Of a stretch of DNA of 64,000 bases, positions 19,621 to 29,307 are shown in pieces. The stretch lies in the IMG/VR virus record IMGVR_UViG_3300043425_000840. One strand, written 5' to 3'. The position numbers were made by a program, and so were the translations under genes. Origin of the DNA: a virus (Duplodnaviria; Heunggongvirae; Uroviricota; Caudoviricetes). How positions within the stretch are numbered: position 1 is the stretch's first letter; each line of letters opens with the position of its first letter. The notes beneath the pieces are model-generated. The model was given only the letters and a program-made list of their open reading frames with translations. It searched no databases and had not been told where the DNA came from.

Positions 19621-19839
19621 ATGGCAAGTATTTTTAATAATTTTTTAGAATATAGGACCCCCCAAGAATTGGATACCTATTTGGTTGATAAGTTAGATAA
19701 GGAGACGGCTCTGAAGATTATAGAACTCTCAATTGAGACTTTACAGAGTCAAGGTGCATATACCTTGGCAGAGTCCCATACCCTTTATAAATGTTTAAAT
19801 AAATTAAAAGAAGAAACTAAAAACATAAACAATGATTGA
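19621..19839 (+). CDS. hypothetical small protein
   Basis: ORF. Confidence 0.4.
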   Translation: MASIFNNFLEYRTPQELDTYLVDKLDKETALKIIELSIETLQSQGAYTLAESHTLYKCLNKLKEETKNINND

Positions 19840-20125
19840 TTTAACCGCAGAAATGGAAAATTACAACAAGGTAAAAGACATTGTACTTGGAAAACTTGTT
19901 GATGAGGGTTTATTAGACCAAGATGATGCAAACGAATTTTCTGACAGATGTCAAGTCCTTGCATATAAAGGTAAATGGTTTAGTAAATGGTTTGATAAGA
20001 ATATGAAAACCGAAACCAATAGTCCTGACACTTACTATATTCGTATGATTGAAATGAGAGAGAAAGAAGACGAAGTGGATAGACTTTTAAGAAGAACAAC
20101 AGGAAATTACGGTGATGATGATTAA
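19832..20125 (+). CDS. hypothetical small protein
   Basis: ORF; overlapping start/stop. Confidence 0.45.
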   Translation: MIDLTAEMENYNKVKDIVLGKLVDEGLLDQDDANEFSDRCQVLAYKGKWFSKWFDKNMKTETNSPDTYYIRMIEMREKEDEVDRLLRRTTGNYGDDD

Positions 20126-20423
20126 AAACTATCTTCTAATCTTATTCTTTCAAATTATGTTCAACATCTTCAAAGTTATGGAGATTAAGTACACATATGA
20201 AAACAAGATTAGAAGCTTATTACTTAATAGTGTTTGGACAAGTTTAGTATCGTTAGGTGCAACATATTATTCATTAGATAGTTTATTTAAAGGGGATTAT
20301 CTTGGGGTAGTATTTTACATCATTGGGAGTATCATAGGTAAATGGTTTGCAATGGTACATTATGAAAAAACAAAAGAAAAATTGACACCGATTTTTAAAA
20401 ACGAGAAAAGAACTAAAATTTAA
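20112..20423 (+). CDS. membrane protein (hypothetical)
   Basis: Hydrophobic segments. Confidence 0.45.
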   Translation: MMMIKNYLLILFFQIMFNIFKVMEIKYTYENKIRSLLLNSVWTSLVSLGATYYSLDSLFKGDYLGVVFYIIGSIIGKWFAMVHYEKTKEKLTPIFKNEKRTKI

Positions 20424-20424
20424 A

Positions 20425-20913
20425 ATGAAAATTTTAATATTCGGAATACCAAATTCGGGAACTAGTTCTTTGTACAATTTTATTGTGGATTCATATCCCA
20501 AACATTACATAACAAAATACGAGCCGTTCAAAAGAACAACTGAAGTTGAGTGGGGAAATGATTGTATTGTTAAAACTGTCTTCTCGAAAGAACCCGACCC
20601 ACTTTTATTTAAAGATGGGGAAACATTATTAGAACATTCAATTAGGATTGTTAAACAATTTGATAAAGTAATTTATATAAGAAGAAAGCCAACAATTGAA
20701 ACTCAATTTGGTGAGTGGAACATAATATTTGATTTAGTGGTTAGGGACAATAAAATTTATTATTATGAGGACATTTTTAAAGATGAACCATCACAATCTT
20801 TTTATGAGTTGTGTGAATATTTGAATATTGAGATGGATATAAAATTGTTTGATTCCTATATCCACGTAAAAAATAAATACATTAAACAAAAACGAGAAAA
20901 AACAGTCATATAA
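20425..20913 (+). CDS. sulfotransferase-like protein, family member 2
   Basis: 'ILIFGIPNSGTSSLYNFI', 'YEPF', 'VKT' and 'FDKVIYIRRKP' align with the 1980 ORF ('IISLPRTGSTSLL', 'FEPF', 'VKT', 'FDEVILLTRRN'). Confidence 0.4.
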   Translation: MKILIFGIPNSGTSSLYNFIVDSYPKHYITKYEPFKRTTEVEWGNDCIVKTVFSKEPDPLLFKDGETLLEHSIRIVKQFDKVIYIRRKPTIETQFGEWNIIFDLVVRDNKIYYYEDIFKDEPSQSFYELCEYLNIEMDIKLFDSYIHVKNKYIKQKREKTVI

Positions 20914-21116
20914 TGAAAGAGCCAAGATATTTAACTGATTTTTTCATTTACAAAAAGAAACATCATTGGTTTATAATACCAACAATTGTTTTCTTTTATA
21001 ATAAAGAAACCTTTTTTGAGACCGGCATATCTACACCAGCGTATGGTCTATCATTTAGATGGTTAACATTTTTTATGGGAGTACAAATACAAAAAAATGC
21101 ATACTACAAAAAATAA
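20913..21116 (+). CDS. hypothetical small protein
   Basis: ORF; weak. Confidence 0.3.
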   Translation: MKEPRYLTDFFIYKKKHHWFIIPTIVFFYNKETFFETGISTPAYGLSFRWLTFFMGVQIQKNAYYKK

Positions 21117-21741
21117 ACTTTGGTGTTTTGGTGATAGCTACACTCAAAGATATGACCCAAAAGTTGATTGGGGTAAAAGTTATATCGATTACAAAGGTTA
21201 TTTACCAAAAGTCTATTGTGATTTTTTAGGTGAACAATTGGGGATTGAATGTGAGAACTTAGGGGTTGGTGGATATGATAATTATTCCATTTTTGAGACC
21301 TTGTGTAATAACGTACATAGGATTAAAGAAAATGATATTGTTATTATTGGTTGGTCGAGTGTGATTAGATTTAGACTTGCCGCTAAAGACGGCGATTGGG
21401 TGAAATTTGTACCAGGAACCGTTACAGATTATCACATCACTCACCACACCGATATGTCAAGAAATACGATTGATGAGATATTTGTTAATAGGGATAATCT
21501 AATTTATTATAAAGAAGTTAACAATTGGATTCATTTTATTAATCACACAATGAAGAAAAATAAAATAATTCATTGGACACCGTTTGATGACAATACTGAT
21601 TTAAATGTACACAAGTTGTTAAAACTTGAAACAATAAAAATGGAGAGTGGTAATATTCTCACCGATAATCATTATGGTGAGAATGCACATAAAACTTTAA
21701 CTAATATATTTTTTGAATTATTAAAAGATAAATTGATATGA
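21097..21741 (+). CDS. SGNH/GDSL-like hydrolase paralogue (Ser nucleophile)
   Basis: 'KLWCFGDSYTQRY', 'GVGGYDNYSIF', 'TDNHYGENAHKTL' (DxH). Confidence 0.55.
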   Translation: MHTTKNKLWCFGDSYTQRYDPKVDWGKSYIDYKGYLPKVYCDFLGEQLGIECENLGVGGYDNYSIFETLCNNVHRIKENDIVIIGWSSVIRFRLAAKDGDWVKFVPGTVTDYHITHHTDMSRNTIDEIFVNRDNLIYYKEVNNWIHFINHTMKKNKIIHWTPFDDNTDLNVHKLLKLETIKMESGNILTDNHYGENAHKTLTNIFFELLKDKLI

Positions 21742-22109
21742 AAAGTGACAACATAACTATAAGACTTTTTATTGGTACTGTAATAATATTGGTATTATTA
21801 ATGGTTGCATTAAATAAACCAAACGAAACAACTCCTCAACCTAATGTTACTTGTAATGAAGATTCATTACGAAGTGAAATAGTTAATTTACAGGGGCAAA
21901 TAGAACAACTAGAGGATGGTTTTGATAAAAAAGAACGGAGATATGAAGATGTACTTTTTGAATATGAATATGGTTTAGATAGAATAAAAGAAACTCACCC
22001 GTCCGCATATAAAGAATTTCATAGAATTATATCGTACAAAGAAAGATACACCAATCAGGATAAAATTGAAAATGAAAAAAGATTAAACATTTATGAACAC
22101 ACTAGATAG
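21738..22109 (+). CDS. membrane-anchored coiled-coil protein (hypothetical)
   Basis: N-terminal TM segment then charged helix. Confidence 0.45.
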   Translation: MKSDNITIRLFIGTVIILVLLMVALNKPNETTPQPNVTCNEDSLRSEIVNLQGQIEQLEDGFDKKERRYEDVLFEYEYGLDRIKETHPSAYKEFHRIISYKERYTNQDKIENEKRLNIYEHTR

Positions 22110-23229
22110 TAAGTATCAAGAATTATTACAAGACATTTTAGATAATGGTGTTGTTAAAACCGATAGAACAGGCACTGGTACTATATCAGTATTCGGTCGT
22201 CAAATAAGACATAGGATGTCACAAGGGTTTCCATTACTCACCACTAAAAAGATGGCTTGGAAAACTATGGTAACCGAATTGATTTGGTTCTTAAGTGGAA
22301 GTACTAACATCAAATATCTTGTAGATAATAATTGTCATATTTGGGATGGTGACGCATATAAGAACTACACTAAAAAAATTAATGATGTTATTGATGGATA
22401 TAAGTGTGGTGATATAATGGGGATGCAACCACATATGGAAGTTTGGTTTAGTGATTCAGATAAATTAACACCATTAACACAGTCAGAGTTCATTAACAAA
22501 ATTAAAACCGACGATGAGTTTGCTAAGAAGTGGGGTGAGTTAGGGCCAATCTATGGTAAGCAATGGAGAAGTTGGAAATACCAAGAGAATGAATGGTATG
22601 ATGGTAACACACATTATCCTGAAATATCTACATCAATTGACCAAATCTCAAATCTAATATTACAACTTAAAACAAATCCAGATAGTAGAAGATTGATGGT
22701 TAGTGCTTGGAATGTAAGTGAATTAGGTCAAATGGTTTTACCACCTTGTCATTATGGATTTCAAGTTTATACAAGAGAGCTAACCGGTGAAGAGAGGTGG
22801 GATTTATTAAAGAAGAAAGTCGGTGACGATAAGTTTCAATTGATGGTAGATGACATAGTTCCATTCGGTGGAGGATTGAGTGAAGAACTGGAAGTATATA
22901 ACATACCTAAAAGAGCCATCTCATTAATGTGGAACCAACGTTCGGTAGATACATTCTTAGGATTACCATTCAATATCGCATCATATGGTTTATTGTTAAC
23001 AATGATTGCGGATGAAATGAATATGGTACCTGATGAATTGATAGGGAATTTAGGTGATGTACATTTATATAAGAATCATATAGAACAAGCAAAAGAACAA
23101 ATAAAAAGAGAACCATTTGATTTACCAACTGTGCACGTTAGAGATGGTATATTTTCATTTGGAGGGCAAGATGTGATATTGGAAAACTATCAATCACATC
23201 CACCAATAAAGGCACCACTAAGTAACTAA
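22093..23229 (+). CDS. thyA: thymidylate synthase (ThyA-family) with two large insertions
   Basis: 'KTDRTGTGTISVFG', 'LGPIYGKQWRSW', 'LPPCHYGFQVY', 'QRSVDTFLGLPFNIASYGLL', C-terminal '...HPPIKAPLSN'. At 378 aa it is long versus ~264 for the minimal enzyme. Confidence 0.85.
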   Translation: MNTLDSKYQELLQDILDNGVVKTDRTGTGTISVFGRQIRHRMSQGFPLLTTKKMAWKTMVTELIWFLSGSTNIKYLVDNNCHIWDGDAYKNYTKKINDVIDGYKCGDIMGMQPHMEVWFSDSDKLTPLTQSEFINKIKTDDEFAKKWGELGPIYGKQWRSWKYQENEWYDGNTHYPEISTSIDQISNLILQLKTNPDSRRLMVSAWNVSELGQMVLPPCHYGFQVYTRELTGEERWDLLKKKVGDDKFQLMVDDIVPFGGGLSEELEVYNIPKRAISLMWNQRSVDTFLGLPFNIASYGLLLTMIADEMNMVPDELIGNLGDVHLYKNHIEQAKEQIKREPFDLPTVHVRDGIFSFGGQDVILENYQSHPPIKAPLSN

Positions 23230-23357
23230 AATTATGAACCAACTAAATAAAAAAACGGATTCAATGAGGCTTGAAATACTAAGACTAAAGCTTCAAAAAA
23301 CACACTCAACTGATGATAAACTTAAAATACAACAGTTGCAACAAGAATTAGATAATA

Positions 23358-23858
23358 TTGAATATAATGAAAAGAGTAAAAAAAATTTATAAAGAGTTGA
23401 TATGGTTAATAATTCTTTTAACCGTATCAACAATACCATCATTTAGTCAGAATCAATTTTCTGATTATGTTAAACATATTGAAACACAAGAAGCACCTAA
23501 GTTAGATAAATTCATTACCGAGTGGATTGGTATTCCGTACAAATTAGGCGGTAAAACCAAGAAGGGTATTGACTGCTCTCAGTTCACCAAAAGATTATAT
23601 CGTGATGTCTATGGTTTAGAACTGAAAGATGTTGCATATAAACAATGGTCACAAACTAAAAGAATATCTAAGACTAATCTAATCATTGGTGATATAGTAT
23701 TCTTCAATAGTCGAATCAGTCCAAGTGGTTGGCATTGTGGAATTTACATTGGTAATGATAAATTTGTCCACGCGGCAAATAAATCTGAGGGGGTTAAAAT
23801 TAGTAGTTTAAGTGAACCAAAATATAAAAAATCATATAAAGGAGGAGGTAGACTATGA
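23358..23858 (+). CDS. NlpC/P60-family cell-wall peptidase with signal peptide
   Basis: Signal-like 'LIWLIILLTVSTIPSFSQ'. 'GIDCSQFTKRLY' (Cys), 'GWHCGIYIGNDKFVHAAN' (His). Confidence 0.7.
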   Translation: MNIMKRVKKIYKELIWLIILLTVSTIPSFSQNQFSDYVKHIETQEAPKLDKFITEWIGIPYKLGGKTKKGIDCSQFTKRLYRDVYGLELKDVAYKQWSQTKRISKTNLIIGDIVFFNSRISPSGWHCGIYIGNDKFVHAANKSEGVKISSLSEPKYKKSYKGGGRL

Positions 23859-24106
23859 TAACAAGAGAAAAAATATCGGAAATTAACCCTGACGCAATTC
23901 TATGGGACGAGTTAGACTTAGCCATTATTGGTTTTACACAGGAAGGTAAGGCAGTCTATGATATTAATAAACTGATATCCGAAACTCAAAGGATAAATGA
24001 GTTTACCTACGAAGATGCTTACGAATGGGTTGAATTCAACATACTAAATGCGTATGTTGGAGAGTACACACCGATTCACATATATCCAATATACGAAGAA
24101 GATTAA
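23855..24106 (+). CDS. hypothetical protein (83 aa)
   Basis: ORF. Confidence 0.45.
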   Translation: MITREKISEINPDAILWDELDLAIIGFTQEGKAVYDINKLISETQRINEFTYEDAYEWVEFNILNAYVGEYTPIHIYPIYEED

Positions 24107-24231
24107 CGTCCTTGACCTCTGTATCTCTTTGGTTTTTGGTCTTTTGGACCATAAGATTTACGTGCTTTACCCGTACTTTTCTTACCAAATGATACCTTCA
24201 TTGATGTAGAACTTCCCTTAGACTTTGCCAT
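24103..24231 (-). CDS. candidate small highly basic protein (42 aa), below the ORF-track size cutoff
   Basis: Manual minus-strand translation: MAKSKGSSTSMKVSFGKKSTGKARKSYGPKDQKPKRYRGQGR. It fills the intergenic gap between two + genes. Confidence 0.35.
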   Translation of the reverse strand: MAKSKGSSTSMKVSFGKKSTGKARKSYGPKDQKPKRYRGQGR

Positions 24232-24277
24232 ATATATAAAACTTTTTAAATAAATAGTGATATTCCAGTTTTTTTCC

Positions 24278-24285
24278 TATATTTG
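24278..24285 (+). promoter_or_regulatory. Bacteroidetes-type -7 promoter motif (TAnnTTTG) upstream of 24309
   Basis: 'tatatttg' lies 23 nt upstream of the ATG. Confidence 0.3.
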
Positions 24286-24308
24286 AATTCTACTAATAAA
24301 ACATTCAT

Positions 24309-26195
24309 ATGAGAAAAGAAATTCTTGTTCAGAGGTACTCCTTCTCCGAAATTCATCCATACAGGGATTATTGTAAATTATCCGAAAAACCTAAAAACAA
24401 CGCATTTAATACCTTCAAAGTTGATAATTGGGATTTTGACAGTGAATCTATGAATAATATATTCGTACGTTCATATAGTACTCATACACTTGAACTTGAG
24501 AATAAGTCGGAAATGAGAAAAAAGAACACTAAGTTTTTTTATTCTCCCGAATCTACCGGTGTCAACGTACAATTAAACGGATACTTCAAAAAAAATGGTG
24601 CATATTACACAAAAAATGATAGACAAATAAAACAACACTTTGGTAGGGCGTTCAGTTCTATTGAAACATATTATTACGAAAGGTCAATAGTACAGAACGG
24701 AGATAAATTAACAATCAAATTATATTCTCAAACAAAGAAACGATTTGTAAATTGTAAGTATTTTAAAAAAGCTGCAACCATCAACGGAATTTGTTTAAAC
24801 TTAAAGACAGGTGACATCACAACATTTGAGAAGGCGTACAATTCAAACATAATGAAAGCCAGAAAGAATACTTTTGCCAATCTATGGATGTCATTAGATT
24901 CTTTATTAACTCATTTTGGTGGTAGGGTGGACAAGTTTATCACTAATAACGATTTTAAAAGCTCAATAAAGATACAAAAAGAACTATCTGAAGAATTTAG
25001 TGATAAGGTCTTCTTTGAGACGTTATATCATTTCTTCAATACCTTTCAAAACCATAAAACAACAGAACCAAATTATGGTGTGAAAAGGGATTCTAACCAA
25101 TGGATATATAACAATTTAATCGACTTGTTCGTGATGATTAAAGGTATTAAAACACCTGATAATTACAGAAATTTAATTACGTTTTGTTACCCAACAAAAC
25201 CCTTTCTTAAAAAGAACGATAATAAATTAGTTGCAGCAATATTAGATAGATTAGGAATTAAATCTAAACAAACAATTAAACTTCTACATAAAAATCCTGA
25301 TATTGATATTACAAGTCTATTCAGATTGAAAAGATATTTTGGTGAGGAGATGTTCAAGTACCTATCAAATATTAATATTGATATTTTTTGTAAAAATATG
25401 TCAGATAAGACTATTTCACCTTACACTAACAATTTCTACAAAGAAAAGGTCACATACGATAACACGTTCTATTTAAACGATACTGAGAAATATAATCTAA
25501 TTAAATTGTTTAATGAGTACGCAACGGTAAATGAAAACAATCATAGAATGGATACCGTTTTAAACAGTCAGTTAAATCAAATTGATGACCATTTTTTAAT
25601 GATTAAAAAGTTGAGGGATTATTATCCTGATATGATGTTGAGAGCTAAGAATTGGAAAGAGTTTCATAATGAACACTTAGAATTATCACGTCTTGACAGA
25701 TTGATAAAAAAGGGTAGTGTAATTGAATATGTCTTTGATGAGAAACTAATTTCAATGATAGAAGAACCAATTAAAGTTTGGGAATTAGATGGTATCTATC
25801 CAAGTATGGAAAAATATAGAATGTACTATCCTGTACTATTGAAACAGGAAATGGAATATTCTGAGGAAGGTTCACATATGCATCATTGTGTTGCATCATA
25901 CTCCAATAAAGAATTATCTATAATTGTATCATTAAGAGCCGACAGTGTTTTTGGTAGTGAAAGAGTTACTAATGAGTTCGATGTTAGAGATAAGACCTGT
26001 ACACAATCAAGATATTTCTGTAATCAAGCACCGCCAGAACACTTTGAGGATGCTTTGGATGCACTAAAAAGAAGAATTTCAAAATATAAGTATTCAATTA
26101 AGTCAATAGAAAAAAGAGTTATCCCATTAACTATCAATGGTATAGATGTTACAAAGACAAAAATTCCTACCGATGATGTGTTAGGATTATTTTAA
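24309..26195 (+). CDS. large hypothetical protein (628 aa) with C-terminal PcfJ-like 'EG..M.HCV' motif
   Basis: 'SEEGSHMHHCVASYSNKELSIIVSLR' near the C-terminus. It shares 'KPFLKKNDNKLVAAILDRLGIKSKQTIKLL' with the next ORF. Confidence 0.45.
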   Translation: MRKEILVQRYSFSEIHPYRDYCKLSEKPKNNAFNTFKVDNWDFDSESMNNIFVRSYSTHTLELENKSEMRKKNTKFFYSPESTGVNVQLNGYFKKNGAYYTKNDRQIKQHFGRAFSSIETYYYERSIVQNGDKLTIKLYSQTKKRFVNCKYFKKAATINGICLNLKTGDITTFEKAYNSNIMKARKNTFANLWMSLDSLLTHFGGRVDKFITNNDFKSSIKIQKELSEEFSDKVFFETLYHFFNTFQNHKTTEPNYGVKRDSNQWIYNNLIDLFVMIKGIKTPDNYRNLITFCYPTKPFLKKNDNKLVAAILDRLGIKSKQTIKLLHKNPDIDITSLFRLKRYFGEEMFKYLSNINIDIFCKNMSDKTISPYTNNFYKEKVTYDNTFYLNDTEKYNLIKLFNEYATVNENNHRMDTVLNSQLNQIDDHFLMIKKLRDYYPDMMLRAKNWKEFHNEHLELSRLDRLIKKGSVIEYVFDEKLISMIEEPIKVWELDGIYPSMEKYRMYYPVLLKQEMEYSEEGSHMHHCVASYSNKELSIIVSLRADSVFGSERVTNEFDVRDKTCTQSRYFCNQAPPEHFEDALDALKRRISKYKYSIKSIEKRVIPLTINGIDVTKTKIPTDDVLGLF

Positions 26196-26233
26196 CTACA
26201 CAATGTAAATGTTATTGTCTACATTTTATGTAG

Positions 26234-27631
26234 ATGATAACGCACGAACATTATTTTCAAGAAAAGGTAGAGAGAAATAAACAGTCAAGTTCAACTTGTG
26301 AATTAAGACTCGGTTCTGATGATACCACATTAATTTACTACGCGGACTTCTACATTAACTACACCAGACTCGGTGATGGCAATAAATTAAGGTTTTGTCA
26401 CGAATTAATAATCAATAAGGTAACAGGTGATATACAGGTAACTTATAGATTACAAAACGACCGCATAAAGAATGGTGAATCTGTTAAATCAGTTTTAACA
26501 GTAAAAAAGAACAACTTCGATAAGTTGTGTGATTTAGTTGATAGGGGATTTTACTACGGTGAGAAAAGATTAAACTATTGGGGGGTCAAGTATAAAAGAA
26601 TTACTGAGACCATCTTTACCCATATCAAAAATGAATTACTATCAAATGTAGATGATGAATTCATCAAGAACAAAACTTACGATGAGAAAACCAAAATCAA
26701 TCCTTTATTTGATTTGATTGTTGATTTTCACTTACACAAAAAAGGAATTAAATTCCACGATAATGTTTATCTAAACATTATGGACGAGTACCCAAAAAAG
26801 AAATATCTTAAATTAAACGACAACAAGTTTTTACCTGCAGTATTAGATTCTTACGGAATCAAATCAAAGTATTTGGTAGGCGCATTATCCTCAAACAAAT
26901 ATGGTAAAGTTAATATCAAATGTTTAAGTTTTCTTTGTAAATTGTTTGGTGACAACTATATTGAATACATCAAACGATTTGATTGGTGGTCAGTGTGTAG
27001 TGTTCAAAATACACCTAAGAAAACATTTGTATGTAAGAATGATGCAGAGAAAGAGGCATTAACAAAAGTACTCGAGAAGTGGATGGCGGACGATGATAGA
27101 TTAGAGAGCCCGTTTAGTGTCATCCAAGATTTGTTTACACTTAGACATTACTTAGAAGAAAGAGGATATGATTTAAAAATCAAGTTGAGGAAACCCGATG
27201 ATATTGATTACTTAATAAGTGAATGGTCCTTACTTAAAAAACATTTGTCTCTTGGATACAAATTAAAATATAACATTCCTGATGATATTGTTAATGCAAT
27301 TGAAGAACCAATTGTTCTTGGTGATAATGTTTACATACCAAAAGTAATTTTATCTGAAGATGATTTTATTCTTGAGGGAACATTGATGAAGAACTGTATG
27401 TCCAAACAATTTTTTCACGGAGCATTATACATTTATGTTGCGTTATCGTATGGTAGAAAAAGAATTAATTTACAATATCGAAGAGGTTCATTTGTTCAAG
27501 CGTATGGAAAGGCAAATACACCGGTAAATAAAGAAATATTCGAAAATGCTATGGCAATTTTATGTGAACGTTTGAAAGAATATCCATATTTGGTGTGGAA
27601 AAAAGAGAAATACGAAATCATAACTAATTGA
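26234..27631 (+). CDS. paralogue of the preceding protein (465 aa), degenerate C-terminal motif
   Basis: 'KKYLKLNDNKFLPAVLDSYGIKSKYLVGAL' and 'LEGTLMKNCMSKQFF' (HCV becomes NCM). Confidence 0.45.
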   Translation: MITHEHYFQEKVERNKQSSSTCELRLGSDDTTLIYYADFYINYTRLGDGNKLRFCHELIINKVTGDIQVTYRLQNDRIKNGESVKSVLTVKKNNFDKLCDLVDRGFYYGEKRLNYWGVKYKRITETIFTHIKNELLSNVDDEFIKNKTYDEKTKINPLFDLIVDFHLHKKGIKFHDNVYLNIMDEYPKKKYLKLNDNKFLPAVLDSYGIKSKYLVGALSSNKYGKVNIKCLSFLCKLFGDNYIEYIKRFDWWSVCSVQNTPKKTFVCKNDAEKEALTKVLEKWMADDDRLESPFSVIQDLFTLRHYLEERGYDLKIKLRKPDDIDYLISEWSLLKKHLSLGYKLKYNIPDDIVNAIEEPIVLGDNVYIPKVILSEDDFILEGTLMKNCMSKQFFHGALYIYVALSYGRKRINLQYRRGSFVQAYGKANTPVNKEIFENAMAILCERLKEYPYLVWKKEKYEIITN

Positions 27632-27699
27632 TTTATAGTTAGTTATATTATATTTTTAAAAAGATTTCAAAAAAATTTTCAATTTTATTTTTTTATTGT

Positions 27700-27707
27700 T
27701 AGATTTG
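27700..27707 (+). promoter_or_regulatory. Bacteroidetes-type -7 promoter motif (TAnnTTTG) upstream of the dcm-like gene
   Basis: 'tagatttg' lies 20 nt upstream of the ATG at 27728. Confidence 0.3.
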
Positions 27708-27727
27708 TTTAACTAAACTATAACACA

Positions 27728-28681
27728 ATGAAATACCTATCTGTTTGCAGTGGAATCGAAGCGGCTACCGTAGCTTGGTCACCACTTGGTTGGGAATGTA
27801 AAGGTGTATGTGACTTTGCAAAGTTCCCACAACAAGTTCTATCACATCACTACCCAAACACACCTTTATTTACTGACATTACTAAACTCAACACAAATGA
27901 AACGTACAAAAAAACAAAATTCGACTTATTGGTCGGAGGAACGCCTTGTCAATCTTTTTCCGATGCAGGACTCAACAAAGGAATGGATGATATCCGTGGT
28001 CAAATCGCCCTTAGCTATGGACAAATTCTTAAAGAAAAACGACCTAAGTGGTTCATTTGGGAAAATGTCGAAGGCGTTTTTAAAAGTCAACACAAAAAAG
28101 CCTTATGTCAAATCATCACCTCTTTCACAGGAGTTGACTTCAGACCTGAACACATCGAAAAACAAGGGGTTGTCCAAGGGGAAAATTACTCAATCGCTTA
28201 TAGGGTTTTCGACTCGCAATACTTCGGAGTTCCCCAACGACGCAAAAGAATCTATATTGTCGGATATCGTGGAAAAGACTGGAGAGTCCCATTCTCAGTA
28301 TTATTTGAAGAAGGATGTTTTGAAAGCGTTGAAGAAAAGAATAAACTCAAGAGGGATGAGTACACCAAAAATATTCTCGGACAAATTAAACTCGCTGGTA
28401 CGGTAACCAAATCCTACGCAAGAACATTGGTTGATGGGTTTGGTAAAGTATCTACCTCAAACTATTGGGTAGATGATAATGGTATCAGAACATTTACTGA
28501 AAGAGAACTAGAAAGATTACAAGGGTTTCCCGATGGTTATTTAGATTTTGAAATCAACGGAAAAAAACCTTCATATTCAAACGTGAAAGGTGCTGTGGGT
28601 AATTCAATGACAGTTAATGTTATGTATTGGATTGGTCAAAGAATAAATTTTATTCACAATTATTTGGAATCTTCAAAATAA
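27728..28681 (+). CDS. dcm: DNA (cytosine-5)-methyltransferase
   Basis: Motif I 'LSVCSGIEAATVAW', motif IV 'GGTPCQSFSDAG', motif VI 'FIWENVEGV', motif VIII 'QRRKRIYIVG'. Confidence 0.85.
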   Translation: MKYLSVCSGIEAATVAWSPLGWECKGVCDFAKFPQQVLSHHYPNTPLFTDITKLNTNETYKKTKFDLLVGGTPCQSFSDAGLNKGMDDIRGQIALSYGQILKEKRPKWFIWENVEGVFKSQHKKALCQIITSFTGVDFRPEHIEKQGVVQGENYSIAYRVFDSQYFGVPQRRKRIYIVGYRGKDWRVPFSVLFEEGCFESVEEKNKLKRDEYTKNILGQIKLAGTVTKSYARTLVDGFGKVSTSNYWVDDNGIRTFTERELERLQGFPDGYLDFEINGKKPSYSNVKGAVGNSMTVNVMYWIGQRINFIHNYLESSK

Positions 28682-28698
28682 TTTAATATATTTTTATT

Positions 28699-28965
28699 AT
28701 GAAAGCACTTACTTACGACCAAAGAACCCTTAACAAAGTATATGCGGAGTTAAGAAACAAAAAGGAAGACCTCAAAAGACAAGCTTTAGGTTTTCGCAAA
28801 GAATCTTTAAGATATCTTAAACTTGGAGATAGCGAAAATTTCCAACTATCAAGTGAAGTTTCACTTGGTCTTGGGATGGCAGTCAATGAGGTTGATGAGA
28901 TAATTTACACATTGAAGAAAAGTTTTAAAAAGAAAACAAATGCAACCAAAAGAATCAAAAAGTAA
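28699..28965 (+). CDS. hypothetical protein (88 aa)
   Basis: ORF. Confidence 0.45.
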   Translation: MKALTYDQRTLNKVYAELRNKKEDLKRQALGFRKESLRYLKLGDSENFQLSSEVSLGLGMAVNEVDEIIYTLKKSFKKKTNATKRIKK

Positions 28966-29084
28966 TTCACATTTTTGGATAAGTTTATTCAAGAGTGTGT
29001 TAAGATTAACCGCTTGTTGGTTTTTATTTAACGAGCAATTTGGTAACACTGCAATATTATTAGGATTAGCGGAGTTATTAGGAA

Positions 29085-29303
29085 TTGTTGAAGAGTTATA
29101 AAACAAATAGTATGATAGAATTTATTAAAAATAATCAAAAGAATATCACAATGGGTGGTGCAATTGCTTTGTTGATTATCTGTTTCTTCCAACAAAAAGA
29201 ATTAGCTAAATTAAGAGCTGAGAAAAATGTTAACATTGTTAAAGAAGTGGATTTAAAGAAAGCGGATTCATTAAAATCCATTTTGATAGAAACTAAAAAA
29301 TAA
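29085..29303 (+). CDS. small membrane protein (hypothetical)
   Basis: One TM segment. Confidence 0.4.
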   Translation: MLKSYKTNSMIEFIKNNQKNITMGGAIALLIICFFQQKELAKLRAEKNVNIVKEVDLKKADSLKSILIETKK

Positions 29304-29307
29304 TAGT

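Noticed and set aside
22093-23229. Calling the ThyA homologue a dCMP hydroxymethylase
   Set aside because: The Asn of 'PFNIASY' (dUMP specificity) is retained rather than the Asp expected for dCMP-specific enzymes. dUMP hydroxymethylase cannot be excluded, so this is kept as a finding rather than a call.
27786-28406. 206-aa ORF in an alternative + frame inside the dcm gene
   Set aside because: It is wholly nested within a methyltransferase ORF that carries all canonical motifs. It has a low-complexity K/S-rich composition typical of an AT-rich off-frame.
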